The notes: generated from the letters alone by a model not told the origin. Shown: positions 10,065 through 19,280, numbered from the stretch's first letter. The stretch is 32,000 nt of DNA from Acaryochloris marina S15 (GCF_018336915.1 NZ_CP064923.1:3330001-3362000); one strand, 5' to 3'. Numbers and translations: made by a program.

Positions 10065-10355
10065 CTATTGTTCTGGAATTAACGTCACTTCTAAACGACA
10101 ACCCACAGCCTTGGCATATTTTCTCAAAGTGGAAAGCGACGGCGAATGCTTCCCACTACTCAAAGATGATTCTAGTCGAGTCACCGCTGTTGCCTTAGTC
10201 CCCATTTTTTGGGCAATATCCGCTTGGGTCATACCTGCTTGCTGACGGGCAGCAAGCATTTGTCTTAACAGACTAAACTCTTCTTCTAACTTGTTATATT
10301 CCTCAGCGACTTCGAGTTGTTCTAAGGCTTTGGCCTTTAGTTCTTCATGGGTCAT
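10065..10355 (-). CDS. HTH (XRE-family) antitoxin, HigA-like
   Basis: 96 aa with an HTH segment (GMTQADIAQKMGTKATAVTRLES). It overlaps the upstream toxin gene by 11 nt. Toxin-first order is characteristic of higBA-type modules. Confidence 0.8.
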   Translation of the reverse strand: MTHEELKAKALEQLEVAEEYNKLEEEFSLLRQMLAARQQAGMTQADIAQKMGTKATAVTRLESSLSSGKHSPSLSTLRKYAKAVGCRLEVTLIPEQ

Positions 10356-10677
10356 GTTTCAACACCTCTTTTAGTCTTCGACGGGCGATCTGCAGTTCTT
10401 GCTTGGGAGTCTTTTGAGTCTTCTTCACAAAGCTATGCAGCATCACTATTTTTTCACCCACCAGGGTGCAATAAAACACTCTCGCAATTCCTTCTTTGCT
10501 CTTGACCCTCAGCTCAAATAGGCGATCGCCCATTGATCGGGTGTGAGGCATCCCCAGATTGGGACCAAACTCTAGCATGAGGTCGGTGAGCCTCAAATAT
10601 CTAGCTAGCAAACCTGGAGGGAGAGCAAGTACCTCAGATTCAATTGCTTCAGAATAATATTGGATATTCCATGCCAT
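10345..10677 (-). CDS. RelE/HigB-superfamily toxin (phage Gp49-like, DUF891-type)
   Basis: 110 aa. The pattern LFELRVKSKEGIARVFYCTLVGEKIVMLHSFVKKTQKTPKQELQIARRRLKE matches Gp49-like/HigB addiction-module killer proteins. Confidence 0.8.
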   Translation of the reverse strand: MAWNIQYYSEAIESEVLALPPGLLARYLRLTDLMLEFGPNLGMPHTRSMGDRLFELRVKSKEGIARVFYCTLVGEKIVMLHSFVKKTQKTPKQELQIARRRLKEVLKHDP

Positions 10678-10686
10678 AAAGAAAAC

Positions 10687-10702
10687 ATAACATATTTGTT
10701 AT
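10687..10702 (-). promoter_or_regulatory. Candidate TA operator palindrome ATAACA-tatt-TGTTAT
   Basis: A 6+6 bp perfect inverted repeat 10-25 nt upstream of the toxin ATG (10677). Type II TA operons are commonly autoregulated at such palindromes. Confidence 0.35.
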
Positions 10703-10758
10703 CTCATAGCTTTTCCCAACCTTAAAGTCAAAATTCAGTACTTGTTCAAGACTGCAGA

Positions 10759-11712
10759 CTATTTCAACGACTGCTGAAAGGTTTGTGCCATTGCCTTAAA
10801 TTCGGGCAGATAGTTCTTAGCTTGCTGTTGGCCTACCATTCCAGCCATCAGAATATATCCCCCTTCATCCGGGAAAAGCATGACCTGATACACCATCAAG
10901 TGAGTTTGAGATTTTTGATCTTTGCCCGTCGCTGTCAGTTCATAGCCCTCTAGCCCATCGATGGTTATAGGAATCGTGGTCTGGACCGATCCAATTTCAG
11001 TTTGGGCTGTTTCCAACAACCGTCGTCGTGCATATTCTTTACGATTCCCAACGAATACCTCCCCAATCGATAACGCCACAATAAACATTGGATCATTCGG
11101 GGTAGCAGTAGGAATTGTTCCATTTCGGGTGAATAGGGCTGTATTCCCCATTGCCACCCCTTGGACTTGGGCTAGGTCAGCTACCGCTTCAATCTTAAAG
11201 GGAAGTGGAGCTGCTGCCATTCGAGAAGGTTCAATGGACTGAAGAACCGTTTGCAGTGAGTGTCTCAGCTTAGATGCATGAGACTGGGGAGAGGTGGCCA
11301 CAACCATCGTTGTCCGTTTAGTATCGCCAAAGAGAACAGCCCACTTCAGAAACTCCTGACCATAGGCCTGCTGCGAAAAATATACCTTTACTCCAGCTTG
11401 CCCCTTCACTTGAGTTAACTCCTTGGAGTGCAGGGTCATTCCTTTTTCTGCTAGCGCAGTCTTCGTAAACCCTTGAGTCACTTCAGCAAAAGGTCCCGGA
11501 ATGGCTAACACCATCACCGATGCCCCAGTGGAAGGCTGCTGAAATCCATAGAAGCTTTCTGCTGTCTCAAAGCCTGATGGCTGAAGAATAGCAACCCCCA
11601 CATCTGGGAAAGTAACGAGAGAGGGGGCTTCCTTCGCAACTTGTGCTTTTAGCTTTGCAGGGGCTGCTAGCAGGGGAATCCAAGCTATGGCTGCAATAAG
11701 TTTTCGGAGCAT
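10759..11712 (-). CDS. Secreted protein of unknown function (317 aa from the ATG at 11712)
   Basis: The internal ATG gives the signal peptide MLRKLIAAIAWIPLLAAPAKLKA. The track start (GTG 11781) abuts the recJ stop and is unlikely. I recognise no family motif. There may be two similar alpha/beta halves. Confidence 0.6.
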   Translation of the reverse strand: MLRKLIAAIAWIPLLAAPAKLKAQVAKEAPSLVTFPDVGVAILQPSGFETAESFYGFQQPSTGASVMVLAIPGPFAEVTQGFTKTALAEKGMTLHSKELTQVKGQAGVKVYFSQQAYGQEFLKWAVLFGDTKRTTMVVATSPQSHASKLRHSLQTVLQSIEPSRMAAAPLPFKIEAVADLAQVQGVAMGNTALFTRNGTIPTATPNDPMFIVALSIGEVFVGNRKEYARRRLLETAQTEIGSVQTTIPITIDGLEGYELTATGKDQKSQTHLMVYQVMLFPDEGGYILMAGMVGQQQAKNYLPEFKAMAQTFQQSLK

Positions 11713-11781
11713 GATGGATGAAGCAATCAGAAAGGGAAGGGCGTTGAGGAAATCGTGGTGGTAGCAAAGTTGCGATCGCAC

Positions 11782-14121
11782 CTAGGGAATCGCATCGTCA
11801 GGGTCCTGGTGCTCAGCAATAATCCCACCCATCACCTCCACCGAAACGGCTTGAAAGAACTGCTGCTGAAACTGCTCTTCTCGTACCGCATCCACAAATT
11901 GAAGAATGGCCTGCTGACGCTCTTCAGACGTCAAGGTTTTAGCAGATGGCTTTCCACCAATTTGGATCAGATTATTATGGTCACACACCGTAAAGCCGTA
12001 CACCTGCAAACTTTCCAAGCCAACTTGCAAAGCCTGGGGGCCAATCTTCAAACTTGCCTGTAGCAAAGCCCGGCTGCCCTTTTTCTCCAACCGCGCTAAG
12101 TACTTAGCCATCCCCACTAATTGCTTCCATACGGCCACTGCATCGGGGGCATCAGAGCCTTGATAAGCGACCGCTAAGGTCTTGCCCACCGTTTGGGCCT
12201 GCTTCGCCCAGCTTTGGACCGTGGCCCAGGAATCAGGACAGCGGTCCATCACCAACAGATTCGGATTGGGTTCAGCTTCATCTGGATTCTGCCGCCAATC
12301 GACGATGGAGGAATTTAAGGTTTGGGTTGGATGCTTTGCCGCAGGTCGTACCGCTTCTAGGCGTACCTCATATCGTCTTTCATAGGCATTAAAATCCAGC
12401 TCTACAATTGCATCACAAGAGCCAGTGGGAATCTCTTCTTTATAATGGCCCCACCATAATCCTGGAAACCCTGATTCACATGAATCATCACAGATAGTGA
12501 AAGTGGTTTTGATGTATTGGACCTTGTTGCCCTTACGATCTTTGATATTTTTATTCCAAACCTGATCAAACCAGCAGTTGCGAATCAGCAATTTAGGCAC
12601 TGGGTTGCCCATTCCACAGGGTTCTAGGAGTTTTAATTCCTTAAAAAGTGAACGCCCTCCATCGATGGCTACGTCATCTAAAGTCATGACCAAATCTGCT
12701 TGGACAACGGCGGCGGGTTCGGAGGCCTGCTGACGAGCCTGCTGATTAATCCCTTCCACCAGCAGCGAAATATTGGCAACGGGCAAACTCAATCCTGCAG
12801 CAAAGGGATGTCCACCAAAACTCGTCAGCAGGTTCGCCTGACTATGCACCAGTTCATAGAGATCGATCTGATTCACAGACCGGGCTGATCCACGAGCAAG
12901 GCAAACATTGCCCTTGCCTGCCACGGTTTCTTCACACAGAAGAATTGTCGGTCGGCCATAGGTTTGAGCAATCTGACCCGCCACTAATCCCAATACACCA
13001 ATCGGCCATTGCGGATCACTTAAAACAATGACGGATGTGGTAGATAGATCCAGTTGTTCGAGCTTGCGGGTGACCTGCCTCAGCACATCCTTTTGGAGAG
13101 ATTTGCGGCGGGCATTGGCGAGTTCAGTTTCTTCTGCTAACTGCCGACAGCGAGCGGGATTTTTGCTGGTCAGTAACTCAACACAAAAACTAGCTTCGCC
13201 ATGAATGCGGCTGACCGCGTTGATGCGGGGGCCAAGGCCAAAGGAAATATCGGTGGGGCGATCGCCATTGCGTTTACACAGTTCCAAGAGCTTGGCAATG
13301 CCGGGTCGAGTTCGTTGGGTAAGTTGCCGTTGCAGCTGCTGAATCCCCCGTTGGGCCAAGTAGCGGCAATCTCCTTTTAGAGCAACCAGATCGGCAATCA
13401 GACCAATCGCCACCAAGTCTAATAGATGGTCTAGGGGCTGCTGAGGAACCTCGGGCAAAGCCAGGTAAAGAGCTTCCACCAACTTGAACGCCACTGCCAC
13501 TCCAGACAGATGGGCTAAAGGATGATCGGAAGGGAAATACCGCGAGTTAATAATGGCGGTCACAGGAGGCCGTTCCGGGGGCAAAGTATGGTGATCCGTA
13601 ATGATCACATCTAACCCCAACTCTTGGGCATATTCAATTTCAGAAAGATTGGTACTCCCGGTATCGCAGGTAACGATGAGTTGGTAGCCTTGCGCGGCTA
13701 ACCGCTCAATTCCGGGCCGATTGAGACCATGGGATTCAGTGATGCGATTAGGAATCGTATACGAGAGGGAGTGATTCTGGGTAAAAAATTGTCCGAGTCC
13801 GTCCCAGAGGACAGCAGTTGAGGTGATGCCATCGGCATCGAAGTCACCCCAGATGGCTACTTTTTGGTTGCGATCACGGGCCTGTATCAGCCGTTGAATC
13901 GCTTGTTCCATTTCTGCCCCAAAAGCAGAAGCAGGAGTGGGTTGGTATTGGTTCGGGTCTAAAAATCCGGAAATAATCTGAGGGTCGTGAATCCCTCGCT
14001 GCCAGAGTAATTGAGCTAAATATTGACCGGATATCTCTGGCGCTACACGTTGAATATCAGCAATCAGCCACTGCGGTGGCGTTACGGTTTGAATCAGATG
14101 CCATTGAAGGTCAGTGGGCAT
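11782..14121 (-). CDS. recJ: Single-stranded-DNA-specific exonuclease RecJ
   Basis: DHH-family motifs DFDADGITS, CDTGS, ITDHH and the DHHA1 motif GGHPFAAG. The track start is TTG 14151, but the ATG at 14121 (MPTDLQWHL...) is more plausible. Confidence 0.9.
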   Translation of the reverse strand: MPTDLQWHLIQTVTPPQWLIADIQRVAPEISGQYLAQLLWQRGIHDPQIISGFLDPNQYQPTPASAFGAEMEQAIQRLIQARDRNQKVAIWGDFDADGITSTAVLWDGLGQFFTQNHSLSYTIPNRITESHGLNRPGIERLAAQGYQLIVTCDTGSTNLSEIEYAQELGLDVIITDHHTLPPERPPVTAIINSRYFPSDHPLAHLSGVAVAFKLVEALYLALPEVPQQPLDHLLDLVAIGLIADLVALKGDCRYLAQRGIQQLQRQLTQRTRPGIAKLLELCKRNGDRPTDISFGLGPRINAVSRIHGEASFCVELLTSKNPARCRQLAEETELANARRKSLQKDVLRQVTRKLEQLDLSTTSVIVLSDPQWPIGVLGLVAGQIAQTYGRPTILLCEETVAGKGNVCLARGSARSVNQIDLYELVHSQANLLTSFGGHPFAAGLSLPVANISLLVEGINQQARQQASEPAAVVQADLVMTLDDVAIDGGRSLFKELKLLEPCGMGNPVPKLLIRNCWFDQVWNKNIKDRKGNKVQYIKTTFTICDDSCESGFPGLWWGHYKEEIPTGSCDAIVELDFNAYERRYEVRLEAVRPAAKHPTQTLNSSIVDWRQNPDEAEPNPNLLVMDRCPDSWATVQSWAKQAQTVGKTLAVAYQGSDAPDAVAVWKQLVGMAKYLARLEKKGSRALLQASLKIGPQALQVGLESLQVYGFTVCDHNNLIQIGGKPSAKTLTSEERQQAILQFVDAVREEQFQQQFFQAVSVEVMGGIIAEHQDPDDAIP

Positions 14122-14275
14122 TCGCAGTTGTGTGAACAGAGTTTTGCTCAATTAGCTCATCCACTAAAGAGGAATAGTGGTGGACACCAATCTCTCCTCT
14201 AAGATAGCGCTGATACACCTCGGCGATGGCCTGCATAAGGGGCTGACCTTTGTGGGCTAATGTAGTTGTGCTCAT
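14111..14275 (-). CDS. Unannotated small ORF, 54 aa (MSTTTLAHKGQPLMQAIAEVYQRYLRGEIGVHHYSSLVDELIEQNSVHTTANAH)
   Basis: Found by manual translation, because it is below the track's 60-aa cutoff. It has an ATG start with AAGGGA about 12 nt upstream. Its TGA overlaps the recJ ATG region by 11 nt (AATGCCCACTGA). No homology could be assessed. Confidence 0.4.
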   Translation of the reverse strand: MSTTTLAHKGQPLMQAIAEVYQRYLRGEIGVHHYSSLVDELIEQNSVHTTANAH

Positions 14276-14369
14276 GATGTACCGATCCCTTTTGTTAATA
14301 GTGTCAGTTAAGTCAGTTCAGACTTGTTTTTCGAATTAACTAAACAATACCGAGATCACAAACCAAACA

Positions 14370-14389
14370 AATCCGGAAAAATACGGATT
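14370..14389 (-). terminator. Possible weak terminator hairpin after the HTH-GrpE-like gene
   Basis: AATCCG-N8-CGGATT (6 bp stem). On the minus strand it is followed by a T-rich tail (TGTTTGGTTT). Weak. Confidence 0.3.
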
Positions 14390-14465
14390 ATTTAGAAGTA
14401 CCCTAAAATCTCATTTGGGAGAAAGACAAAAAGTAGACGAGCAGTTACTTTGACACCCCTTCATC

Positions 14466-15251
14466 TCACACAGGCGACACTTTTGCTCGGTATAAGAGCT
14501 GCTCACCCTGACGATAGCCAACATAGCGAATTCGGACTGCATCTCCTAGTTTCAAGGCCTGTTCAGCCATCGACACAACCTGGTGCCACTGGGGATCATA
14601 GGTCATTTCAGCTCCCACTTCGCCAATCGGAACAACCCCCCAAGACCCTAATAATTTTTCCAGAGGCATCAGTAAAGGCAACAATTTTATCGCCGGGGCA
14701 TCCGGGTTTTTACGGGCAGCATAGGCCGCAGTCGGCCATTGCAATAACAAAGATTCTAGAGCCTGAATCGTGGATTTTTGGTACTCCATTAGCAGATATT
14801 CTTTCTGGGTCTGGAGCTGCTGCTGCTGGCGTTGGTATTCCTGTTGCAGCATCACAACCTTTTGCTGAAGTTCTTCATGCTTATGATCAGAGGAGTCAGA
14901 TTTTCTACGCAAATTTACGGAGATCGGCTGATTTTCTCCATCTTGAAGCTGCAATCTCCGTATTCCCACGGAGTTATTGGGAGAAAAGTTGGATAGCAAT
15001 ACTGCCAATTCAACTTGGAAAACCTCACTCAAAAAGAGAACCTTTTGTAACCGCAAATCCAGAATTCGACCTTGTCGGATCCAGTTAATATTCGTTCTCG
15101 AAAGACCTGAGATTCGGGACAGCTCAGCAAAGCTCTTAAACCCCGATCGTTTCATCAAGTCGATCAGTATTGGGGTGTAGTCAGGAACTCCTGAAGCGTT
15201 ATTTACCATCCACTCAGCCAACCAAAAACCTTGCATTCCAGAATGCAACAT
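14466..15251 (-). CDS. HTH DNA-binding domain fused to a Q-rich coiled coil and a GrpE-like C-terminal domain
   Basis: N-terminal HTH (FKSFAELSRISGLSRTNINWIRQGR). Central coiled coil (LQQKVVMLQQEYQRQQQQLQTQKEYL). The C-terminus resembles the GrpE four-helix bundle/beta-domain (LLPLLMPLEKLLGSWGVVPIGEVGAEMTYDPQWHQVV...GDAVRIRYVGYRQGEQLLYRAKV). The start is uncertain: ATG 15251 or 15209, while the track uses TTG 15281. Confidence 0.75.
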   Translation of the reverse strand: MLHSGMQGFWLAEWMVNNASGVPDYTPILIDLMKRSGFKSFAELSRISGLSRTNINWIRQGRILDLRLQKVLFLSEVFQVELAVLLSNFSPNNSVGIRRLQLQDGENQPISVNLRRKSDSSDHKHEELQQKVVMLQQEYQRQQQQLQTQKEYLLMEYQKSTIQALESLLLQWPTAAYAARKNPDAPAIKLLPLLMPLEKLLGSWGVVPIGEVGAEMTYDPQWHQVVSMAEQALKLGDAVRIRYVGYRQGEQLLYRAKVSPV

Positions 15252-15317
15252 TTTATAGAACCACTGCAAACCCACAGGCAAACATGCTGGGTTGCCCCCT
15301 AAATCTCAATCCATTCA

Positions 15318-17969
15318 TCAGAAAGGCAATTCAAACTGCTGGGTTTTAGCTTCGGTTTCCGCAGATGATTTACGGGCTCGAGGTTGAGTATTTCCTTTGC
15401 GAAGCCCCACAGCAATTTTGCTATGCTGCTCGATTTGCTTCATCACTTGCTTGGCCCGCTTAATCACCGATGGGGGCAAACCAGCCAACCGGCCCGCCTC
15501 AATCCCATATGAGCGACTGGCCCCACCGGGACAGACTTGATGCAGAAAAATAATTTGATCCGGGAGTTCCTTGACCATTACTTGATAGTTAGCCACATTC
15601 TCCACCAAACTCGCCAGCTCATTTAGCTCATGGTAGTGGGTGGCAAAAATCGTGCGGGCTTGAATAACGACAGCAAGGTGCTCAGCTACGGACCAAGCAA
15701 TCGCCAGGCCATCAAAGGTGGCAGTCCCTCGACCAATTTCATCTAGAAGTACCAAAGACTTGGAAGAGGCATGGTTGAGGATATTGGCCGTTTCATTCAT
15801 TTCCACCATAAAGGTGGATTGCCCCGTCGCCAGATCGTCCACTGCACCTACACGAGTGAAGATGCGATCGCATACTCCTAACCGAGCTGATTGAGCCGGC
15901 ACATAGCTGCCAATCTGGGCCATCAACTGCATCAAACCGACTTGACGTAGATAACAACTTTTGCCACTGGCATTAGGTCCTGTCAAGATCACAAGATCGG
16001 GATGAGGCGTGACATCAGGAGAGGGAGAACTCCCTAGTTCAGTAGCATTAGGCACAAAAAAACCGGGGGGCAGAGACTGCTCTACGACCGGGTGACGGCC
16101 CTCGAGAACTTCTATTTCGCGGCTCTCACTCATATCAGGACAGCAGTACCCCTGATAGACCGCCACTTCTGTTAGACCTACCAGAATGTCAACGGCTGCC
16201 ACAGCAGCGGCAACGGTGCGAATCAGACTGGCCTGTTCACCGACTTCCGTTCGGAGAGCTACAAGCAGGTCATATTCCAGTTGAAATTGTTCTGCTTGTG
16301 CTGTGAAGATGCGGGCTTCTCGTTCCTTTAGCTCTGGGGTGATAAATCGTTCTTCGTTGGTCAGGGTTTGCTTACGGATATAGTCATCAGGAGCTTGGTC
16401 AGCTTTGGCACGAGAAATACTAATAAAGTAGCCGAAGGCCTTGTTAAACCCCACTTTCAGAGTAGAAACACCGGTACGCTCTCGTTCATCTTTTTCCAAG
16501 TTGGCAATCCACTGCTGATCGCTGACAATTTGCTGACGCATCTGATCCAGCTCAGTATTGACGCTGGGTTTAATGATGCCCCCTTCCGTGAGAGAGATAG
16601 GTGGCGATTCTACTAAATGGGCACGCAGGCGCTGAGCCAATTGATCAAGTATCGGAGGAACCGTCTGCAGAGCCTGCAAATATTGGGCTTCGCACTTAGC
16701 CACTTTGTGGGATAGCTCCGTTAGTTGCCCTAAAGATTCCGCCAAGGCAACCAGGTCGCGGGCATTGGCGGTACCCGAGCCTGCCCGTCCGGCCAATCGT
16801 TCCAGATCGTAGATTTTCTGCAACTGATTTTGGAGTTCTTTGCGAAATCCCGTTTGGGGCAGTAGTTCAGTAATAGTGGCTTGGCGGGCTTGAATATCAT
16901 TTAGATCGAGCAAGGGTTGCAATAACCATCGCCGTAATGCTCGACTGCCCATAGCAGTGCGAGTCCGATCGATCGCCCAAAGCAAAGACCCCCGAAAGGT
17001 TCCATCGCGAGAGGTTTGGGTCAGTTCCAAATTCCGCCGACTTTGATGGTCGAGTACCAGATACTGGCTGAGGGTATAGGTCGCAAGGGGTTGAAGAGGA
17101 ATATGGGTGTCTTTCTGTGTGGCTTCTAGATACGCCAGTAGTCCACCTGCAGCCCGAACAGCTAAGGGGAGATGCTCACAGCCCAGACCTTCTAACGAGC
17201 GCACCCCATAGACTTCCTGAATTCGCTGGCGGGCTTCTGCTTGGGTGAATGACGTTTGCGATCGCAACGAGTAGCAGAACTGATTCGGTAATCCTTCCGG
17301 GAGCAGATCCGAATTTTCGCCAGGTCGCAAAATCTGCTGAATATCAGGAGCATCCGTTGGAAACAATACTTCTGAAGGCTGCAGCCGCAGCAGTTCTTGG
17401 GCCAAAGTTTCCCGCTCACTAAACTGAGTAGTCAGGAATTCTCCAGTGGAAATATCGGCATAGGCCAAACCCCAATGGTTCCCCGCCAACACAAACGCCG
17501 CCAGGAAGTTATTACTGCGGGCATTCAGCATACCCTCTTCCAACAGGGTGCCAGGTGTAATCACCCGGGTGACCTCCCGCTTCACTAGCCCCTGGGCCTG
17601 GGCTGGATCCTCCATCTGATCACAAATGGCTACGGCATAGCCTTTCTCCACTAGCAATCGGCTATAGCGATCCAACTGGTGGTGGGGAATCCCTGCCATG
17701 GCCACCCGACCTACATCATTCCCAGACTGCCTGCTGGTCAGGACGAGTTCTAAGGCTTGGGCAATCGTACAAGCATCTTCAAAGAAAGTCTCATAAAAAT
17801 CCCCCATCCGATACAGCAAGATGGTCTGGGGGTATTCATCCTTGAGGTCTACATAATGGCGCATCATCGGGGAGAGAGCTTCCCGGTCTACGGATGTGCG
17901 ATCGCGATGTTGGGCGGGGTTTTTGCCTTCTCTTAAAACGGGGACGTCGGGGGAAACAGAATCGCTCAT
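15318..17969 (-). CDS. mutS: DNA mismatch repair protein MutS
   Basis: 883 aa. N-terminal mismatch-binding domain ([32 protein letters not shown]), Walker [17 protein letters not shown], and STFMVEM and DEIGRGT motifs. Confidence 0.95.
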   Translation of the reverse strand: MSDSVSPDVPVLREGKNPAQHRDRTSVDREALSPMMRHYVDLKDEYPQTILLYRMGDFYETFFEDACTIAQALELVLTSRQSGNDVGRVAMAGIPHHQLDRYSRLLVEKGYAVAICDQMEDPAQAQGLVKREVTRVITPGTLLEEGMLNARSNNFLAAFVLAGNHWGLAYADISTGEFLTTQFSERETLAQELLRLQPSEVLFPTDAPDIQQILRPGENSDLLPEGLPNQFCYSLRSQTSFTQAEARQRIQEVYGVRSLEGLGCEHLPLAVRAAGGLLAYLEATQKDTHIPLQPLATYTLSQYLVLDHQSRRNLELTQTSRDGTFRGSLLWAIDRTRTAMGSRALRRWLLQPLLDLNDIQARQATITELLPQTGFRKELQNQLQKIYDLERLAGRAGSGTANARDLVALAESLGQLTELSHKVAKCEAQYLQALQTVPPILDQLAQRLRAHLVESPPISLTEGGIIKPSVNTELDQMRQQIVSDQQWIANLEKDERERTGVSTLKVGFNKAFGYFISISRAKADQAPDDYIRKQTLTNEERFITPELKEREARIFTAQAEQFQLEYDLLVALRTEVGEQASLIRTVAAAVAAVDILVGLTEVAVYQGYCCPDMSESREIEVLEGRHPVVEQSLPPGFFVPNATELGSSPSPDVTPHPDLVILTGPNASGKSCYLRQVGLMQLMAQIGSYVPAQSARLGVCDRIFTRVGAVDDLATGQSTFMVEMNETANILNHASSKSLVLLDEIGRGTATFDGLAIAWSVAEHLAVVIQARTIFATHYHELNELASLVENVANYQVMVKELPDQIIFLHQVCPGGASRSYGIEAGRLAGLPPSVIKRAKQVMKQIEQHSKIAVGLRKGNTQPRARKSSAETEAKTQQFELPF

Positions 17970-18025
17970 GGAGGATCATCAAGTCTGAATCGTACTGTTT
18001 ACGACTCTATCGCAGCCTTTAAGGC

Positions 18026-18070
18026 AGCTCAACTAGATAAGTTGTATCTCACCATTTATCTAGTTGAGCT
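18026..18070. repeat. Perfect 15-bp inverted repeat AGCTCAACTAGATAA-N15-TTATCTAGTTGAGCT
   Basis: Read directly from the sequence. It lies 57-101 nt upstream of the mutS ATG, and no T-tract follows on either strand. Confidence 0.85.
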
Positions 18071-18131
18071 AATGTCACTTCAGCAATACCCAAATCCAAC
18101 TGAAGGGGGGCCTCAATATATACTTCAATAA

Positions 18132-18400
18132 CTTTTTTAGGTAGTGCCCCAGAAGTAAGGATCGCTGAGACTTGCTATTATCAATGCTTTGACCAAATTC
18201 ACCCAAGCATCTCACTCTTAGGTCTCTGCATGTATCAAAGGCTAAGAACCTAACCTATCATCAGATTCCTGAATGCATTAAGGTAAAGGCATACAGTTTA
18301 GTGAGGATACTTTGTAACAATAGTATCTATCCTAAAACTTGAAAGCCTTATGTAAAAGCACTTTTAAGGATTCTTATTTTTGGGGCACTACCCTTTTTTA
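18132..18400. mobile_element. MITE-like non-autonomous element (253 bp, 18140-18392) flanked by 8-bp direct repeats
   Basis: The terminal inverted repeats are GGTAGTGCCCCAGAAGTAAGGATC (18140-18163) and the reverse complement of 18369-18392 (GGTAGTGCCCCAAAAATAAGAATC). They match at 21/24 positions, and the first 12 are perfect. CTTTTTTA directly abuts both ends (18132-18139 and 18393-18400). There is no ORF inside. Confidence 0.45.
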
Positions 18401-18621
18401 TACTTCCTCAAATAATACTTTGGTGAGAATTAGGAGATAGTACTTCAAAAACCTCTAAAGTAAAGGTCACATGCTCATAACCTTCCAAGTCGTGAAAAAC
18501 ATATATTTCAGGCTCCGTCTGCCAACGAAAGAGAAAGGCTTGTAGACTACTGACTGACCTTTTCAAACAGCTTCTAACTGTCCTATTTTTCGAGATCAGG
18601 TCAGATGGTTTATTGATTTTT

Positions 18622-19002
18622 TTATTGCACAGCTCTTTGTGTATACCAACTAATTATTGTCCCTAAAGTCAAGTTATCAATGAGCACTTGATCCTCTAAT
18701 GCGATCGCACTCAGCGGTTTGAGCGAAGATGAGACCAGATGGCTAAACCAATCGATAAAGTCAGCATCTACTTGAGGACCAGCCAGTAACTGAGTGTCTT
18801 TGCTAATACAGTCCTGAATTTGCGGAGGTGAAAGAGACTCAATGGGTATTTGTAGTTGGGTACTAATTTGTTGTAGATATCTCCAACAGTAAACTGTGAG
18901 ACGAATGGAGAAGCGTTCTCGCGTGGGTAGCAACGTTTGATCAATCTGAGTGTTCTCGGCAGGGGTGAGTAGAGAACTCAGAGCTTGGGGTAATTCAGCC
19001 AT
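18622..19002 (-). CDS. Hypothetical protein (126 aa), orphan ORF in an AT-rich island
   Basis: It is the only long ORF in the 1.3-kb mutS-chlH spacer and has an ATG start but no clear SD. I recognise no family motif, and its coding status is uncertain. Confidence 0.4.
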   Translation of the reverse strand: MAELPQALSSLLTPAENTQIDQTLLPTRERFSIRLTVYCWRYLQQISTQLQIPIESLSPPQIQDCISKDTQLLAGPQVDADFIDWFSHLVSSSLKPLSAIALEDQVLIDNLTLGTIISWYTQRAVQ

Positions 19003-19249
19003 TGAATAAATTGATAAATGAATAGGTTTTTAAACAAAAGCGGTCTTCTTTACGAGAAAAGAGCGAAAGACAAATTAATGAAGAAGAGGTTCTTACCGTT
19101 TTTCTGATAGCTTGCCCGTCATCAAACTAGCAGCCTACTTCCGGGATATTGAAATACCCAATCTTCATATATAAATACTCAAGGATGAGCTCGGTCTGGA
19201 CTAGGGTTAAGATCCTAACTGTTACTTGGAAGACTTGAAACTTAGTTTC

Positions 19250-19280
19250 AAAAAAAGCGCCCCGTTATACGTAGGACGCT
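19250..19280 (-). terminator. Rho-independent terminator of chlH
   Basis: The minus-strand RNA reads AGCGUCC-loop-GGGCGCU (7 bp including one G.U) followed by U6-7. It sits about 30 nt downstream of the chlH stop. Confidence 0.65.

Noticed and set aside
9901-10245. 114-aa plus-strand ORF spanning the attH-like 3' end and running antisense to the antitoxin gene
   Set aside because: It overlaps two better-supported genes and has no recognisable features.
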